DNA of 64,000 nt from an uncultured Bacteroidales bacterium (GCA_964615995.1 CAZTSR010000003.1:64327-128326), one strand, 5' to 3'; counted from the stretch's first letter, positions 43,876 to 54,852 are shown. Notes: generated by a model not told the origin, from the sequence alone. A program made the numbers and translations.

Positions 43876-44013
43876 AGGATTGATTTTCATTACCATTTCA
43901 AAATATATGCCATAAAATGCAAAATAATGATAACATGTTTTGCATGTTATCATTCTTTATGTAATTTAGTTATCAACCTGTTCTGTTTTTCAAACCAATC
44001 TACTCCTATAACT

Positions 44014-44385
44014 ATGAGCACAGTAAGCATTTATCTCCGATCAATTGAACAAGGGGACAGACTTCGTCTGGCCATGTTCGACTCAAACCGAAACGGTGCG
44101 ATTGATGATCTGATTACAGTGGTTCATCCGGGTGATACCATTATATGGAAACCCGATTATAAAAGTGGCATTAAAGCCATTAAACGGATCGCGGCAAAAG
44201 CAGCCAAGAGCAATATTTTCGGCCGGGAGCCGGTTAAAAAATTGTTCTGCAGGCATTTTGTACTTCACATACCCAAAGATGCCAAGGGGGAAGAAGCATA
44301 TCTAATAGAATATGTTCTCTGCAATGGAAAAAGCCAGATCCTTGATCCTTATATCCGCATCAAACTCCCAGATCCCGAAGGATGA
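44014..44385 (+). CDS. hypothetical small protein, translationally coupled to the TPR sensor kinase
   Basis: The start is chosen at MSTVSIYLRSIEQGD. Its stop overlaps the kinase start in ATGA at 44382-44385. Confidence 0.6.
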   Translation: MSTVSIYLRSIEQGDRLRLAMFDSNRNGAIDDLITVVHPGDTIIWKPDYKSGIKAIKRIAAKAAKSNIFGREPVKKLFCRHFVLHIPKDAKGEEAYLIEYVLCNGKSQILDPYIRIKLPDPEG

Positions 44386-46277
44386 TCAGAATTTTCCCTG
44401 CTATGTTTTGTGTTGCCCTGTTTCTGGCAATTCATTCACCGCTGATTGCAGGCAATCGTGAAGCAGACAGCCTGATTCAACTGATTGAGAAAAATGTCGT
44501 TCCCGACGAAAGGGCCAAATATGATGTGTTATGTGATATTGCACAAAACGCTGATGATGCGGACTTAATCATTCATTACAGCAACCTTGCAATTAAGCTG
44601 GCTGACGAACTGGATCTTAGCCTGGCCGCACCCACAGCAATGAAAGGAATTGGTTATCTGAATTCAGGTAAACTTTCCCTGGCGCTGGAATGTTTTCTTA
44701 AATCAGCCTCTCTCTATAAATCCGAGGGGAACAACATAGGGTTGGCATCTGTATATACCTACATTTCGGAAACCTACAATATGCAGGAGAATCATCGCAA
44801 TGAGGTCATCTATCTGAAACATGCGATATCCATTTTCCGGAACGAAAAAGATTCTGTTAACCTTGCCTCAGCGCTTCATAATTTGGGATATGCGCAATAC
44901 AGCATGAAACAATATGATACAGCGCTTTCATTGTTTTCTTCAACGGCTGAAATCTACCGGAAACTGGGATACAGTCAGCAATATGCCTATTGCCTGGGCA
45001 ATGCGGGACTGGTATATTCAAAAAAAATGGAACTGGAAAAGGCCGAAAAAAACCTGCTTTCAGCCATTGGAATTCTCAAACCCCTGCACGATGAATATGC
45101 AGTTACAGAGTACCTGATTGAATATGCCCGGGTTCTTCAGCATAAGGGTAATATCCCCGCTGCCCTGGACAATGCCCGAAAGGGATATGTTTATGCCCGG
45201 GATAATGATATCATGGAATTCAAACGTGATGCTGCATACAGACTTGCACAGCTATATATTGCTTCCGGAAGGTATGACAGTGCCTGCCATTATCAATCGT
45301 TGTATATCAGCATGAATGACAGTATTAAAAATTATGCCAATGTTCAGAAAATGGCTGATTTGAGAACTGAATTTGAAGTAGCCCGGAAACAATCGGAAGT
45401 GGATGTGCTGGAAAAAAACAGAACCATTCAACAAATTGTGATCATCAGTCTCGGCCTTATTCTTTTGCTTACCGTTTGGTTGATGATCCTTTATTACACC
45501 AACTTAAGAAAACTGCGCCGATTGAACGATGTACTGGATGAAAGGCGATCATTGCTCGAAAAACAGAGTTCGGAACTTAAGGAACTCAATCGCATCAAAG
45601 ACAAATTTTTTTCACTGATTTCTCATGATTTAAGAAGTCCTATCAGTGCCATCGGTGGCATTTCGCATCTGATCAAAGAGAGCATTGATGAAAACAATCC
45701 CGAAATGCTGAATGAAATCTCAGAATATATCGATAAAACTGTATTTTCTCTTACCGGATTGCTTGAAAATCTCCTGAACTGGGCACAAAACCAGCAGGGG
45801 AAAATCCCTTATTCTGAAGAAAAGCTGGACTTGAAAGAAGTGATTCTGGAAGTAATGACGCTGTTTTCGACAGTGGCTGTTTTGAAGAGCATTAAGCTTG
45901 AAATGAAACTTGATTCGGGTTTGTTTATTAAAGGCGATCGGAACAGCATGATGATGATTGTCAGAAACCTGATCAGCAACGCGCTGAAATTTACACGAAA
46001 TAGCGGTACCGTAAAAGTCGATGCAGCTTCCACATCTGATACCCTGGCTGTAATCACGGTTTCTGATAACGGTGTTGGGATTGAAAAAGACCGGCTTGCG
46101 ACGTTGTTTGAGTTCAGAGAGAATAAAAGCACGTTTGGCACCGAAAGAGAAAAGGGGGTGGGACTTGGATTGAACCTGGTATATGAATTTGTGAAGCTCA
46201 ACAGGGGACACATTGAAGTAAAAAGTACCGAAGGGAAGGGAACAACATTCATTTTGAAATTTCATAAGGCGCTTTAG
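44382..46277 (+). CDS. TPR-repeat sensor histidine kinase
   Basis: 631 aa. Signal/TM segment, then TPR-like repeats, then a TM segment. H-box FSLISHDLRSPISAI, N-box NLISNALKFT, G-boxes DNGVGI and GVGLGL. Confidence 0.9.
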   Translation: MIRIFPAMFCVALFLAIHSPLIAGNREADSLIQLIEKNVVPDERAKYDVLCDIAQNADDADLIIHYSNLAIKLADELDLSLAAPTAMKGIGYLNSGKLSLALECFLKSASLYKSEGNNIGLASVYTYISETYNMQENHRNEVIYLKHAISIFRNEKDSVNLASALHNLGYAQYSMKQYDTALSLFSSTAEIYRKLGYSQQYAYCLGNAGLVYSKKMELEKAEKNLLSAIGILKPLHDEYAVTEYLIEYARVLQHKGNIPAALDNARKGYVYARDNDIMEFKRDAAYRLAQLYIASGRYDSACHYQSLYISMNDSIKNYANVQKMADLRTEFEVARKQSEVDVLEKNRTIQQIVIISLGLILLLTVWLMILYYTNLRKLRRLNDVLDERRSLLEKQSSELKELNRIKDKFFSLISHDLRSPISAIGGISHLIKESIDENNPEMLNEISEYIDKTVFSLTGLLENLLNWAQNQQGKIPYSEEKLDLKEVILEVMTLFSTVAVLKSIKLEMKLDSGLFIKGDRNSMMMIVRNLISNALKFTRNSGTVKVDAASTSDTLAVITVSDNGVGIEKDRLATLFEFRENKSTFGTEREKGVGLGLNLVYEFVKLNRGHIEVKSTEGKGTTFILKFHKAL

Positions 46278-46440
46278 AATGGCTGCTATTTGTCTGTTAT
46301 TCTTTTGCTTACACAATAAACCAATAGGCGGTTTATTTGGATAAATCCCAGTGAAAACGCAGGATTTGGGCAAAAATGATTAGCTTTGAAACTGCCGGGT
46401 AATCCGGCATCGCAAAACCTCAATTTTTAAATTTGTACCT

Positions 46441-47499
46441 ATGAAAGTTCTCTTTGCTGTTGGCTTTCTCTTCCTGTTCCTGCAAACATCTTGTAAAAAA
46501 GAGCAGCAATCAGGAGACACCCGTTTGACTGATTTATTAGTTACCGGTTTGAGCTGGGATAGTTATACGCTCGATACTGTTATTATTGAAGAACGGGATA
46601 AAACAATTAACCTGCTCTTTAAAGAGGGCATACCCGCTGAGGCCTTTCCGGTACAGTTTTCGGCAGTTCCCGTACTGTCTGCCGAAGCCAGTTCATTTCC
46701 GGCTTCCGGTGAAACGGTTACAATTAATTCTAAGGATGATGCTTTTAAGTATACCATTACTGCAGAGGATGGTTCCAGGGAAGATTATTACATTCTGATT
46801 CGTGATAACCAACTTGCTGATGCCGGATTCGAGAACTGGTTTACCAAGTCGGGTTTGAACGGTAATACGTATAAAGAACCGGGCAAAAATGCGGCGACCA
46901 CCTTCTGGGCAACTGCTAATCAGGGAACCAGCATTTACAGCGTTTATGGCACCCAGCCGGTTGTTTTGCCGGGCAATACCTTAGCGCAAATTTCTACCGG
47001 AGAAACATCATCGGTTCCGGTTACTTCCGGTACGTTGTTTACCGGAAAATTTGATATCAACGGGGCCATCAATCATCCCACCGATCCCAAAAAAGCCACA
47101 CAATTCGGCATTCCGTTCATCCTGCAGCCCGATTCCATCCAATTTGAATATTCGTATCAGCCGGGCAGCAGATATGTGCGTGCCACGCTCAATGATCCCT
47201 CCAGCATCTTTGGCGGATTTACGGTAACCGACATTGCCGGGTCGGATTGTTTTACAGCCTATGCGATGCTTGAAGCGCGGGATGGCGAACAGATTACTGA
47301 ATTAGCCCGGGCTGAAATAGTTTCGGGTGCTCTCCAACCGGAAATGAAGCGGATTTCTATTCCCTTTGTATATCAGTCGTCTCAAAAACCAACCCATATA
47401 ACCGTTGTTTTTGCCTCCAGTAAAGATGGAGACCTCTTTACCGGGGCTGTAGGCAGTACCCTGAAAATTGACAATGTGGTGCTCATTTATAATGAATAA
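46441..47499 (+). CDS. PCMD-domain lipoprotein (putative carbohydrate-metabolism domain)
   Basis: 352 aa. Lipobox LQTSC. DAGFENW and FWATANQGT motifs are typical of the PCMD family. Confidence 0.75.
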   Translation: MKVLFAVGFLFLFLQTSCKKEQQSGDTRLTDLLVTGLSWDSYTLDTVIIEERDKTINLLFKEGIPAEAFPVQFSAVPVLSAEASSFPASGETVTINSKDDAFKYTITAEDGSREDYYILIRDNQLADAGFENWFTKSGLNGNTYKEPGKNAATTFWATANQGTSIYSVYGTQPVVLPGNTLAQISTGETSSVPVTSGTLFTGKFDINGAINHPTDPKKATQFGIPFILQPDSIQFEYSYQPGSRYVRATLNDPSSIFGGFTVTDIAGSDCFTAYAMLEARDGEQITELARAEIVSGALQPEMKRISIPFVYQSSQKPTHITVVFASSKDGDLFTGAVGSTLKIDNVVLIYNE

Positions 47500-47530
47500 C
47501 CAATCGCAATGATAACTTTCCGGAACTGAT

Positions 47531-48265
47531 ATGAAAAAAATTGCCGTACTGATCGGGTTGCTTTTTCCCCTCATGATCCATGCCCAGCCTTTAAAATGGC
47601 AAATAGCGCCTATACTTGGTGTCAATATGGGATTTGCCATTCCGTACCCCTTTTCAGATATTCCAAACGGTTCCAGGGTGACGCCCAGGATTAATCCGAA
47701 TATAGGACTGGGAGTGAAATACCGCCTTTCCGAAAGGTGGAATTTGGAATTTGAAGTAAGCTATCACACACTGGCTTTTTCCGCAAAAGCGGATGTTCGC
47801 AGTCAGCCTTTTTTCTTTGATAACCACGTGGATGTTTTATATTTTTCAGGTGAAACGAGCACAAAAATCAGAATTCAGTGCATCGAATTTCCCATATTGG
47901 CAGCGTATCAAATCAATTCAAAATGGACATTTATGCCGGGAATCTATTATTCGCGTATCCTTGATGGCTCTTTCCGGACTAAAGGAATAAACGGTGTGCT
48001 TTCCGACGATAAAGCCATTACGGATAATGCACAATTACCCAATGTGGCCAATACTCAATACGATTTCAACGACTATATGGACAAATGGGATGCAGGGTTG
48101 TTGATCGGGTTTCAGTATCGGATGTATCATCGGGTGTCATTATGGAGCCGTTTGCAGGTAGGCTTTAAGAGCATTTTTGTTAAGGAATTCTCAAACATTG
48201 AGTACGAAATGTACCAGGTGGGAATCCAGGCAGGTGTATCTGTGCCGCTGTTTCCAAATGAATGA
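47531..48265 (+). CDS. outer-membrane beta-barrel protein (PorT/OMP_b-brl-like)
   Basis: 244 aa with a signal peptide. It shows an alternating beta-strand pattern and a C-terminal aromatic-rich strand. Confidence 0.75.
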   Translation: MKKIAVLIGLLFPLMIHAQPLKWQIAPILGVNMGFAIPYPFSDIPNGSRVTPRINPNIGLGVKYRLSERWNLEFEVSYHTLAFSAKADVRSQPFFFDNHVDVLYFSGETSTKIRIQCIEFPILAAYQINSKWTFMPGIYYSRILDGSFRTKGINGVLSDDKAITDNAQLPNVANTQYDFNDYMDKWDAGLLIGFQYRMYHRVSLWSRLQVGFKSIFVKEFSNIEYEMYQVGIQAGVSVPLFPNE

Positions 48266-48357
48266 TTCTGCAATTACCACTTGTTTTTTTAATATATTTA
48301 TTATGAAATGTTGATTTATACTTCTTCCTTATTCATAAACAAAAATTCAAAAATCTT

Positions 48358-49779
48358 ATGAAAAAACTATTATTCCTGGTATTAATAATTTCCACGTTTG
48401 TGTTCAGTTCCTGCGATCGTTCGAACCCCATACTGACTATTGAAGGTGGCAAGGTAATCGGAGTAGAAACCGCAACTAAAGGAATTATTGCCTATAAAGG
48501 CATTCCATTTGCTGCGCCTCCTGTAGGCGATTTGCGCTGGAAAGAACCCCAGCCGGTTGTTCCTTGGGAAGGCGTCATGACAGCTGATTCATTTGGTGCA
48601 GCTGCCATGCAGGTGACCTGGGATTCCAACAGCTTCTATGGCCGGGAATGGCATGCCAGCGGATCCGTTCCTTTCAATGAAGACTGCCTTTATCTGAATG
48701 TATGGACATCTGCAGCTGGTAAAACCGATATGAAACTTCCTGTCGCCATGTGGATACATGGGGGTGGCTATCGTGAAGGCTTCGGTTTTGAACCCGAAAT
48801 GGATGGGGGAGAAGATTGGGCATCAAGAGGTGTTGTATTCGTATCTGTTACATACCGTCTGGGTGTCTTCGGATTCTTTTCACATCCTCTTTTATCTGAA
48901 GAAAGTCCCAATGGCGTTTCAGGCAACTATGGATTAATGGACCAGGCAGCTGCACTGAAATGGATTCAAAAAAACATTGAACAGTTTGGCGGTGACCCCA
49001 ATAACATCGCCATCTTTGGTCAGAGCGCCGGGGCCGGCAGTGTTCAGTCGCTTTGTGCCTCGCCAAAATCCAAAGCTATTATAAGCAAGGCTATCAGCAT
49101 GAGCGGAGGCGGATTAAGCGACAGGCGCCCGGGTCTTCCTCTGGATACGGCACAGATAATGAATAAAGCCATGATGGATTTCTTTGGAAAAACCACGCTT
49201 CAGGATATGCGCGCACTTTCGTTTGATGAGCTTACCAAAATGGCCAAAACATATTCTGATACAACAAAGACACGGATATTCCTGGGTCCTGTAATCGACA
49301 ATTATTTCCTTACCGGAACATTCAGCGAATTAGCCCGCAAGGATGAGATTGCCGACGTTCCTTACATTTTTGGTTTCACGGCCAATGATATGTTTGATAT
49401 GCGTCAGGATGTGGCAGATTTTTGCCTGTTACGGGAGAAAGAAAGCGACAAACCGGCATATGCCTATTTGTTTTCACGTCAGCTGCCGGGCGACACAACA
49501 TCGGGAGCTTTTCACTCTTCCGATTTGTGGTATGTATTTCATTCGTTAAGGCACAGCTGGAGACCCTTTACAAAAGCAGATGACGCCTTAAGTTTGAGTA
49601 TTGTAGATTACTGGACAAACTTCGTCAAGTTCGGCGATCCAAACGGAGCAGAACCCGGTAAATGGACTCCATATACCACTGCAATTCCTGAGTATATGAT
49701 ATTTGATGTCATAAAAGATTCTGCTTCCTGCAAAATGACGCGTACACCGGAGTTTCTGGGACCGGCGAAGCTGCAGTAA
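48358..49779 (+). CDS. type-B carboxylesterase/lipase family protein
   Basis: 473 aa. Contains EDCLYLNVW and the nucleophile elbow GQSAGAGS. Confidence 0.9.
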   Translation: MKKLLFLVLIISTFVFSSCDRSNPILTIEGGKVIGVETATKGIIAYKGIPFAAPPVGDLRWKEPQPVVPWEGVMTADSFGAAAMQVTWDSNSFYGREWHASGSVPFNEDCLYLNVWTSAAGKTDMKLPVAMWIHGGGYREGFGFEPEMDGGEDWASRGVVFVSVTYRLGVFGFFSHPLLSEESPNGVSGNYGLMDQAAALKWIQKNIEQFGGDPNNIAIFGQSAGAGSVQSLCASPKSKAIISKAISMSGGGLSDRRPGLPLDTAQIMNKAMMDFFGKTTLQDMRALSFDELTKMAKTYSDTTKTRIFLGPVIDNYFLTGTFSELARKDEIADVPYIFGFTANDMFDMRQDVADFCLLREKESDKPAYAYLFSRQLPGDTTSGAFHSSDLWYVFHSLRHSWRPFTKADDALSLSIVDYWTNFVKFGDPNGAEPGKWTPYTTAIPEYMIFDVIKDSASCKMTRTPEFLGPAKLQ

Positions 49780-49783
49780 ATTA

Positions 49784-49835
49784 GTGACAAGGGACGAGGG
49801 ACGAGGGACGAGTGGGTATCACTCGTCCTTTTTTT
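49784..49835 (+). terminator. heptamer repeats (GTGACAA, GGGACGA x3) merging into terminator hairpin GGACGAGTG-GGTAT-CACTCGTCC + T7
   Basis: Read directly from the sequence. The hairpin is at 49806-49828 and the T-run at 49829-49835, immediately after the esterase stop. Confidence 0.7.
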
Positions 49836-50492
49836 ATTTATATAATTTGAAAAGGACGCCGCTGCAGATAAATTGCTCTTTTCTTGTCACTTTTTGTCGC
49901 CACAAAAAGTAACCAAAAAAGGCATACGGCCAGAACGCACTCCGTCTCGTGCCTCGACTTCGTTTGATCGGCTGGCCGTCGGATATGGTATTTTTTATTT
50001 TGCTCCGCACACGCTGTAGCCAGGTTGCTACATTCAGTAACACTTTGCAACAAAGGCAATACATACCCCGGAGCGGTTAAGGTATTGTAGCTCATGTCGT
50101 GTATACAAACATCTTTCCCCGGAGGGGATAGGGTATAAAATTCGGATTCTTCTATTACATTATTTTTGCGGAGTGACAAGTGACAAGTGACAAGCGGGCA
50201 GAGGGAGTGGAGTGTGTTGTAGCTCATCCTTAGTTATTTATATTATGTGAAGAAGCAATAGAAATTTCGTGTACGTTGGCAAAAATCAAAGCACCGTGCG
50301 GTGGCCGTGACAAAACGCGGAGCTGGTGTGGCTGTGAATGACGGAAGGCATGGAATTTCTTGTAAAGAGCCTTGGTATCATCAGAATTGGATGGAAAAAT
50401 TTCTATTAATTATTACCTGAATGTACTTTATCAGGTATTGAATCAACAAATCACTGTTGTCCGGAGAAAATTTGTAAGATTTCTTAAAGATC

Positions 50493-50747
50493 AATATTTA
50501 TATCGTCCCTACGGGACTTTTAGGTTTTAGCGGTACCTTTTTTTCTACCAATATTTGGTTTCCCGCACAAGCGGGACAGGCTCTAACGGAACCATATCAT
50601 TGGGTTCAAGGTCACATTTCTTTCTAACGATATAGGTTTCCGCAAAAACGAGACGGGCTCTAACAGGGTTGTCCCGTAGGGACTTAATATTGGTAGAAAA
50701 TGAATTCACATTAAAACAAAGTCCCGTATGGGACGATATATAAATAT
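50493..50747. repeat. nested palindromic REP/MITE-like element built from AATATT-N-GTCCC-loop-GGGAC units
   Basis: The outer arms 50493-50520 and 50718-50747 are inverted copies. The inner units are 50543-50577 (+) and 50671-50699 (-). Internal 33-nt direct repeats lie at 50557-50589 and 50635-50667. Confidence 0.7.
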
Positions 50748-50875
50748 ACCGGACAATAATGATCAACAAATCAACAAATGGTTTATGGATGGTTTCCTGT
50801 GGACCTAAGCGATTCAAATAAAAATCAGAATTATGGACCGATAATTAATATTATGTTAAATAGAAAATATGAAAG

Positions 50876-50906
50876 AAAAGGGAAGATTTTGATGTCTTCC
50901 CTTTTT
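50876..50906 (-). terminator. hairpin GGGAAGA-N8-TCTTCCC with flanking A/T runs downstream of the TPR gene
   Basis: Read directly from the sequence. It lies about 20 nt after the stop at 50924. Confidence 0.6.
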
Positions 50907-50923
50907 TGATCTATTTAATACGA

Positions 50924-52249
50924 TTAAAGTTCTTTGAGTCTTTCAATTACCTCCTGCCGTTTGTCTTCCATTTTCAGTCTGTAATAAATGGTTTTTAAAG
51001 TTTCCAGTGCTGACTTTTTGGTGTCATAATTTGCAGGATCATCACCATCTATGTTAGCAACTTTTTCCATGTAAGGAATGGCTAATTTTACTGCTTCATC
51101 TCCTTCTGCCTGTTTGGCATCAAATCTGGCATTATCAGAAATGTGTGAAGCTTCTTCATATATTTTCACAGCTCTGTTGTAATACATAACACCCAGATTG
51201 TAATGCGCAAAATGATAATCCGGATTTTTAGCGATGCATTCCTTATAAGCAGCAACAGATTCATCGAATTTGCCCATCTTGTCATATAAAGTGCCTTCAG
51301 TGAACATATAGGAAGGATTGTTAGGATCACCTTCTTTGGCCTTTGCAATGAGTTTTAATGCCTCATCACCTTCATTGGCATCCAGATAGTAATTGATCAT
51401 CTCAATCATGATGGCTTGCTCTTCAGGATATTTCTGAAATCCTTCTTTAATAACATCTACACCTTTTGCTGTGTCACCTTTACCAAAATAAGCCTGTTTA
51501 CGGAATATGGGTAACAAGGTATCACGATAATTATAAGCAGCTGCCTGATCAAGCAATCTTACAGCTTCATTATAGTTCTTATCGTCCAAAGCAGCACGAC
51601 CGGCAAAATAGATGATAACAGTATCAACGGGATTTTTCATTACCGGCAGCTTGTTGATTTCAAGCATATTCATAAAATTGTTATAGGAGACATTATACTC
51701 CTTGCTTTCGTATTTTACGACGGCTTCGTTCTGATAAGCAGCTTTCAGATTTTGTGCGGTTTTTTTAACGTCAGCATCTGCTTTACCGTCACCATTTAAT
51801 TCAACAGCTTTATCTAGAGCCTTTTTTGCTTCAACCAGCGGAGTCGGATGAATCGGATTTTTATCTGTCCAGCTATCCAGTCTTCCATTGATAAACTTAA
51901 GATCTACCCTCTCATAAACAAAGACCTCAACCTTATCTGATCCAATTTGTGTTGTTTGAATATCTCTCGGCTCTTTAAGAAAGATTTTTGCACTCATCTG
52001 ATCCATACCCCGATCAAGAATGTCGTTATAGATGTTATAAACATCTAAAAATACCTGAGCTCTGGAGGTATAGGTTTTAGCTTTGGTATTTTTCTTTTCA
52101 TTCAGCAGATCTTCATCGCTTTTCTGAATTTTCTTTGTAAGACCGGAATAATCCAGTACACTTGTTCCTCCGGTGGCAGGTGTTTGTGATTTCGCATTGA
52201 AACCTGCAAACAATACCAACGCAACAAGAAACACACTAATTCGCTTCAT
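50924..52249 (-). CDS. tetratricopeptide-repeat protein (exported)
   Basis: 441 aa with a signal peptide and multiple TPR-like A..Y...G/A units. It lies downstream of gyrA. Confidence 0.8.
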   Translation of the reverse strand: MKRISVFLVALVLFAGFNAKSQTPATGGTSVLDYSGLTKKIQKSDEDLLNEKKNTKAKTYTSRAQVFLDVYNIYNDILDRGMDQMSAKIFLKEPRDIQTTQIGSDKVEVFVYERVDLKFINGRLDSWTDKNPIHPTPLVEAKKALDKAVELNGDGKADADVKKTAQNLKAAYQNEAVVKYESKEYNVSYNNFMNMLEINKLPVMKNPVDTVIIYFAGRAALDDKNYNEAVRLLDQAAAYNYRDTLLPIFRKQAYFGKGDTAKGVDVIKEGFQKYPEEQAIMIEMINYYLDANEGDEALKLIAKAKEGDPNNPSYMFTEGTLYDKMGKFDESVAAYKECIAKNPDYHFAHYNLGVMYYNRAVKIYEEASHISDNARFDAKQAEGDEAVKLAIPYMEKVANIDGDDPANYDTKKSALETLKTIYYRLKMEDKRQEVIERLKEL

Positions 52250-52350
52250 ATGATTTTTTTTAAAGTTGATAGTAATTCTTTATTGGTTTAGATCAAAAAT
52301 TCTGCCAAATATAAATTCAATTTGTTTATTGTGCAAAAAAACACCGCATA

Positions 52351-54852
52351 TTAGAGTGTTGAGCTATCATTATCCTCTACATTATCAAGTGCTTCCTTAT
52401 CGTCTTCTTCACTGGCAGCAACAACATCAGTAACTGCAGCAATCGAATCACCGCTCTTAATATTGATTAACCGGACACCTTGTGTGGCTCGTCCCATCAG
52501 TCTCAGATTTGCAACAGCCAGGCGGATGGTCAATCCGGATTTATTAATAATCATGATGTCATCATTGTCGGTAACTGATTTAATAGCAATCAATAAACCT
52601 GTTTTAGTGGTGACATTAATGGTTTTAACACCCTTCCCTCCCCGATTGGTAATCCTGTAATCGTCTAATTCTGTGCGTTTTCCATATCCGTTTTCGGAAA
52701 CTACCAGCACCGATTTGGATGGATCATCAATGCAGATCATACCAATTACTTCATTTGAACTATCTGAGAACCGTATTCCTGTTACACCGGATGCTGTTCT
52801 TCCCATAGGCCTTACCGTGCTTTCATTAAACCGGATGGCTTTTCCGGAACGAACTGCAATAAGAATTTCGTTTTTACCATTGGTGAGTTGTGCTTCCAGC
52901 AAACTATCGCCTTCACGAATGTTAATGGCATTAATCCCGTTTTGTCTTGGACGCGAATATGCTTCAAGGGAAGTCTTTTTAATCACCCCTTTTTTGGTAC
53001 ACAGCACGATAAAATTGTTGCTGATATAATCGGTATCTACAAGGCTCTTAAGATTGATAAAGGCTTTCACTTTATCGCCCTGTTCAATGCTTAACAGATT
53101 TTGAATAGCCCTGCCCTTTGAAGTTTTTGTGCCTTCAGGGATTTCGTATACTTTCAACCAGAAACAACGACCTTTTTCCGTAAAGAAAAGCATGGTATTG
53201 TGCATGGTAGCAGAATACATATGCTCCAGGTAATCTTCATCTCGGGTTTCAGAGCCTTTCGATCCTTTGCCTCCCCGTGCCTGTGTTTTAAATTCGCTTA
53301 AAGGAGTACGTTTTATATATCCTAAATGAGATACTGTAATGATCATCTCGTCATCGGCATAGAAATCTTCCGGATTAAACTCTCCTTCATCAGGAATAAT
53401 GGAAGTGATTCTTTCATTGCCGTATTGCTCTATCATCGAGTTCAGTTCATCTTTAATTACCTGCATTCTAAGGCTTTCATCGGCCAACAGACTTTTAAGG
53501 TATGCGATGGCCTTCAGAAGCTCGTCGTATTCGGCCTTGATTTTATCTCTTTCCAATCCGGTAAGCCGTTGAAGTCTCATTTCCAAGATTGCTTTGGACT
53601 GAGCTTCACTTAAATTGAAAGATTGCATCAAACCATCACGTGCTTCGTCCACATTTTTTGATGCCCTGATTAATGTGATTACAGCGTCAATATTATCAAG
53701 GGCAATCAGCAATCCTTCTAAAATATGAGCTTTCTTTTCTGATTCTTCAAGATCAAATTTGGTACGACGAATGACAACTTCATGCCTGTGCTCCACAAAA
53801 TATTTGATGCTTAGTTTTAATGAAAGCATTTTAGGGCGGCCATGCACCAGTGCGATGTTGTTTACATTAAATGTGCTTTGAAGTTGTGAATGCTTGTAAA
53901 GGTTATTGAGTACTACGCTTGATTGTGCTTCTTTTTTACAAATAATCACGATGCGAACGCCATTACGGTCACTCTCATCGTTTATATAGGAAATGCCTTC
54001 AATTTTCTTTTCATTGATCAGTTCGGCAATTCTCTTGATCATTTCGGCTTTATTTACCTGATACGGTACTTCCTTAACTACAATCACTTCCCTGCCGCTG
54101 GAGGTTACCTCAATTTCTGTACGGGCTCTCATGACGATCCTTCCCCTGCCCGTTTCAAAAGCTTCACGAATTCCCTGGTATCCGTATATGATACCGCCTG
54201 TTGGAAAATCCGGTCCCTTTATATGAACCATCAGTTCTTCTGTCGTAATATCATAATTATCTATATACGCGATGGTGGCTTTACATACTTCAGTAAGATT
54301 ATGAGGCGGCATATTTGTAGCCATACCTACTGCTATTCCTGATGCTCCGTTAACGAGAAGATTGGGAATTTTTGATGGCAATACTGTAGGTTCCTCCAGG
54401 GTATCATCAAAATTGAGTTGCATATCCACTGTATTCTTGTCGATATCAACCAGCATTTCCTCTGCAATCTTTCTGAGCCTGGCTTCTGTATACCTCATGG
54501 CGGCTGCACTATCGCCGTCCATGGAGCCAAAGTTTCCTTGTCCTTCAACAAGCGGATACCGGAGCGACCAATCCTGGGCCATGCGCACCATTGCCTCATA
54601 TACTGAAGAGTCGCCATGCGGGTGGTATTTACCAAGTACTTCCCCTACAATACGAGCGGATTTTTTATATGGTTTGTTAGAATATACGCCTAAGTCCTGC
54701 ATACCAAATAAAACCCTGCGATGAACAGGTTTTAATCCATCCCTGACATCAGGTAAAGCACGGGAAACAATAACCGACATCGAATAATCGATGTAAGCGG
54801 ATTTCATTTCCTCTTCTATGTTAATCTGAATAATTTTTTCTCCGTCAGCCAT
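52351..54852 (-). CDS. gyrA: DNA gyrase subunit A
   Basis: 833 aa. Contains [11 protein letters not shown], the active-site [10 protein letters not shown], and the C-terminal beta-pinwheel repeats. Confidence 0.97.
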   Translation of the reverse strand: MADGEKIIQINIEEEMKSAYIDYSMSVIVSRALPDVRDGLKPVHRRVLFGMQDLGVYSNKPYKKSARIVGEVLGKYHPHGDSSVYEAMVRMAQDWSLRYPLVEGQGNFGSMDGDSAAAMRYTEARLRKIAEEMLVDIDKNTVDMQLNFDDTLEEPTVLPSKIPNLLVNGASGIAVGMATNMPPHNLTEVCKATIAYIDNYDITTEELMVHIKGPDFPTGGIIYGYQGIREAFETGRGRIVMRARTEIEVTSSGREVIVVKEVPYQVNKAEMIKRIAELINEKKIEGISYINDESDRNGVRIVIICKKEAQSSVVLNNLYKHSQLQSTFNVNNIALVHGRPKMLSLKLSIKYFVEHRHEVVIRRTKFDLEESEKKAHILEGLLIALDNIDAVITLIRASKNVDEARDGLMQSFNLSEAQSKAILEMRLQRLTGLERDKIKAEYDELLKAIAYLKSLLADESLRMQVIKDELNSMIEQYGNERITSIIPDEGEFNPEDFYADDEMIITVSHLGYIKRTPLSEFKTQARGGKGSKGSETRDEDYLEHMYSATMHNTMLFFTEKGRCFWLKVYEIPEGTKTSKGRAIQNLLSIEQGDKVKAFINLKSLVDTDYISNNFIVLCTKKGVIKKTSLEAYSRPRQNGINAINIREGDSLLEAQLTNGKNEILIAVRSGKAIRFNESTVRPMGRTASGVTGIRFSDSSNEVIGMICIDDPSKSVLVVSENGYGKRTELDDYRITNRGGKGVKTINVTTKTGLLIAIKSVTDNDDIMIINKSGLTIRLAVANLRLMGRATQGVRLINIKSGDSIAAVTDVVAASEEDDKEALDNVEDNDSSTL

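Noticed and set aside
45720-46373. 217-aa and 147-aa minus-strand ORFs
   Set aside because: They are antisense to the histidine-kinase catalytic domain, whose H, N and G boxes are intact on the plus strand.
49834-50227. 76-aa and 129-aa minus-strand ORFs in the esterase-TPR gap
   Set aside because: The repeated MSYNTL starts are translations of a DNA direct repeat. There is no coding-like composition, and heptamer arrays are embedded in them.
50557-50667. Possible mini-CRISPR: two 33-nt direct repeats separated by a 45-nt spacer
   Set aside because: There are only two imperfect copies (about 80% identity). They are embedded symmetrically inside a larger inverted-repeat element, and no cas genes are in the window.
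50545-50817. 90-aa minus-strand ORF
   Set aside because: It is composed entirely of the palindromic REP/MITE-like units and is a classic repeat-derived false gene.
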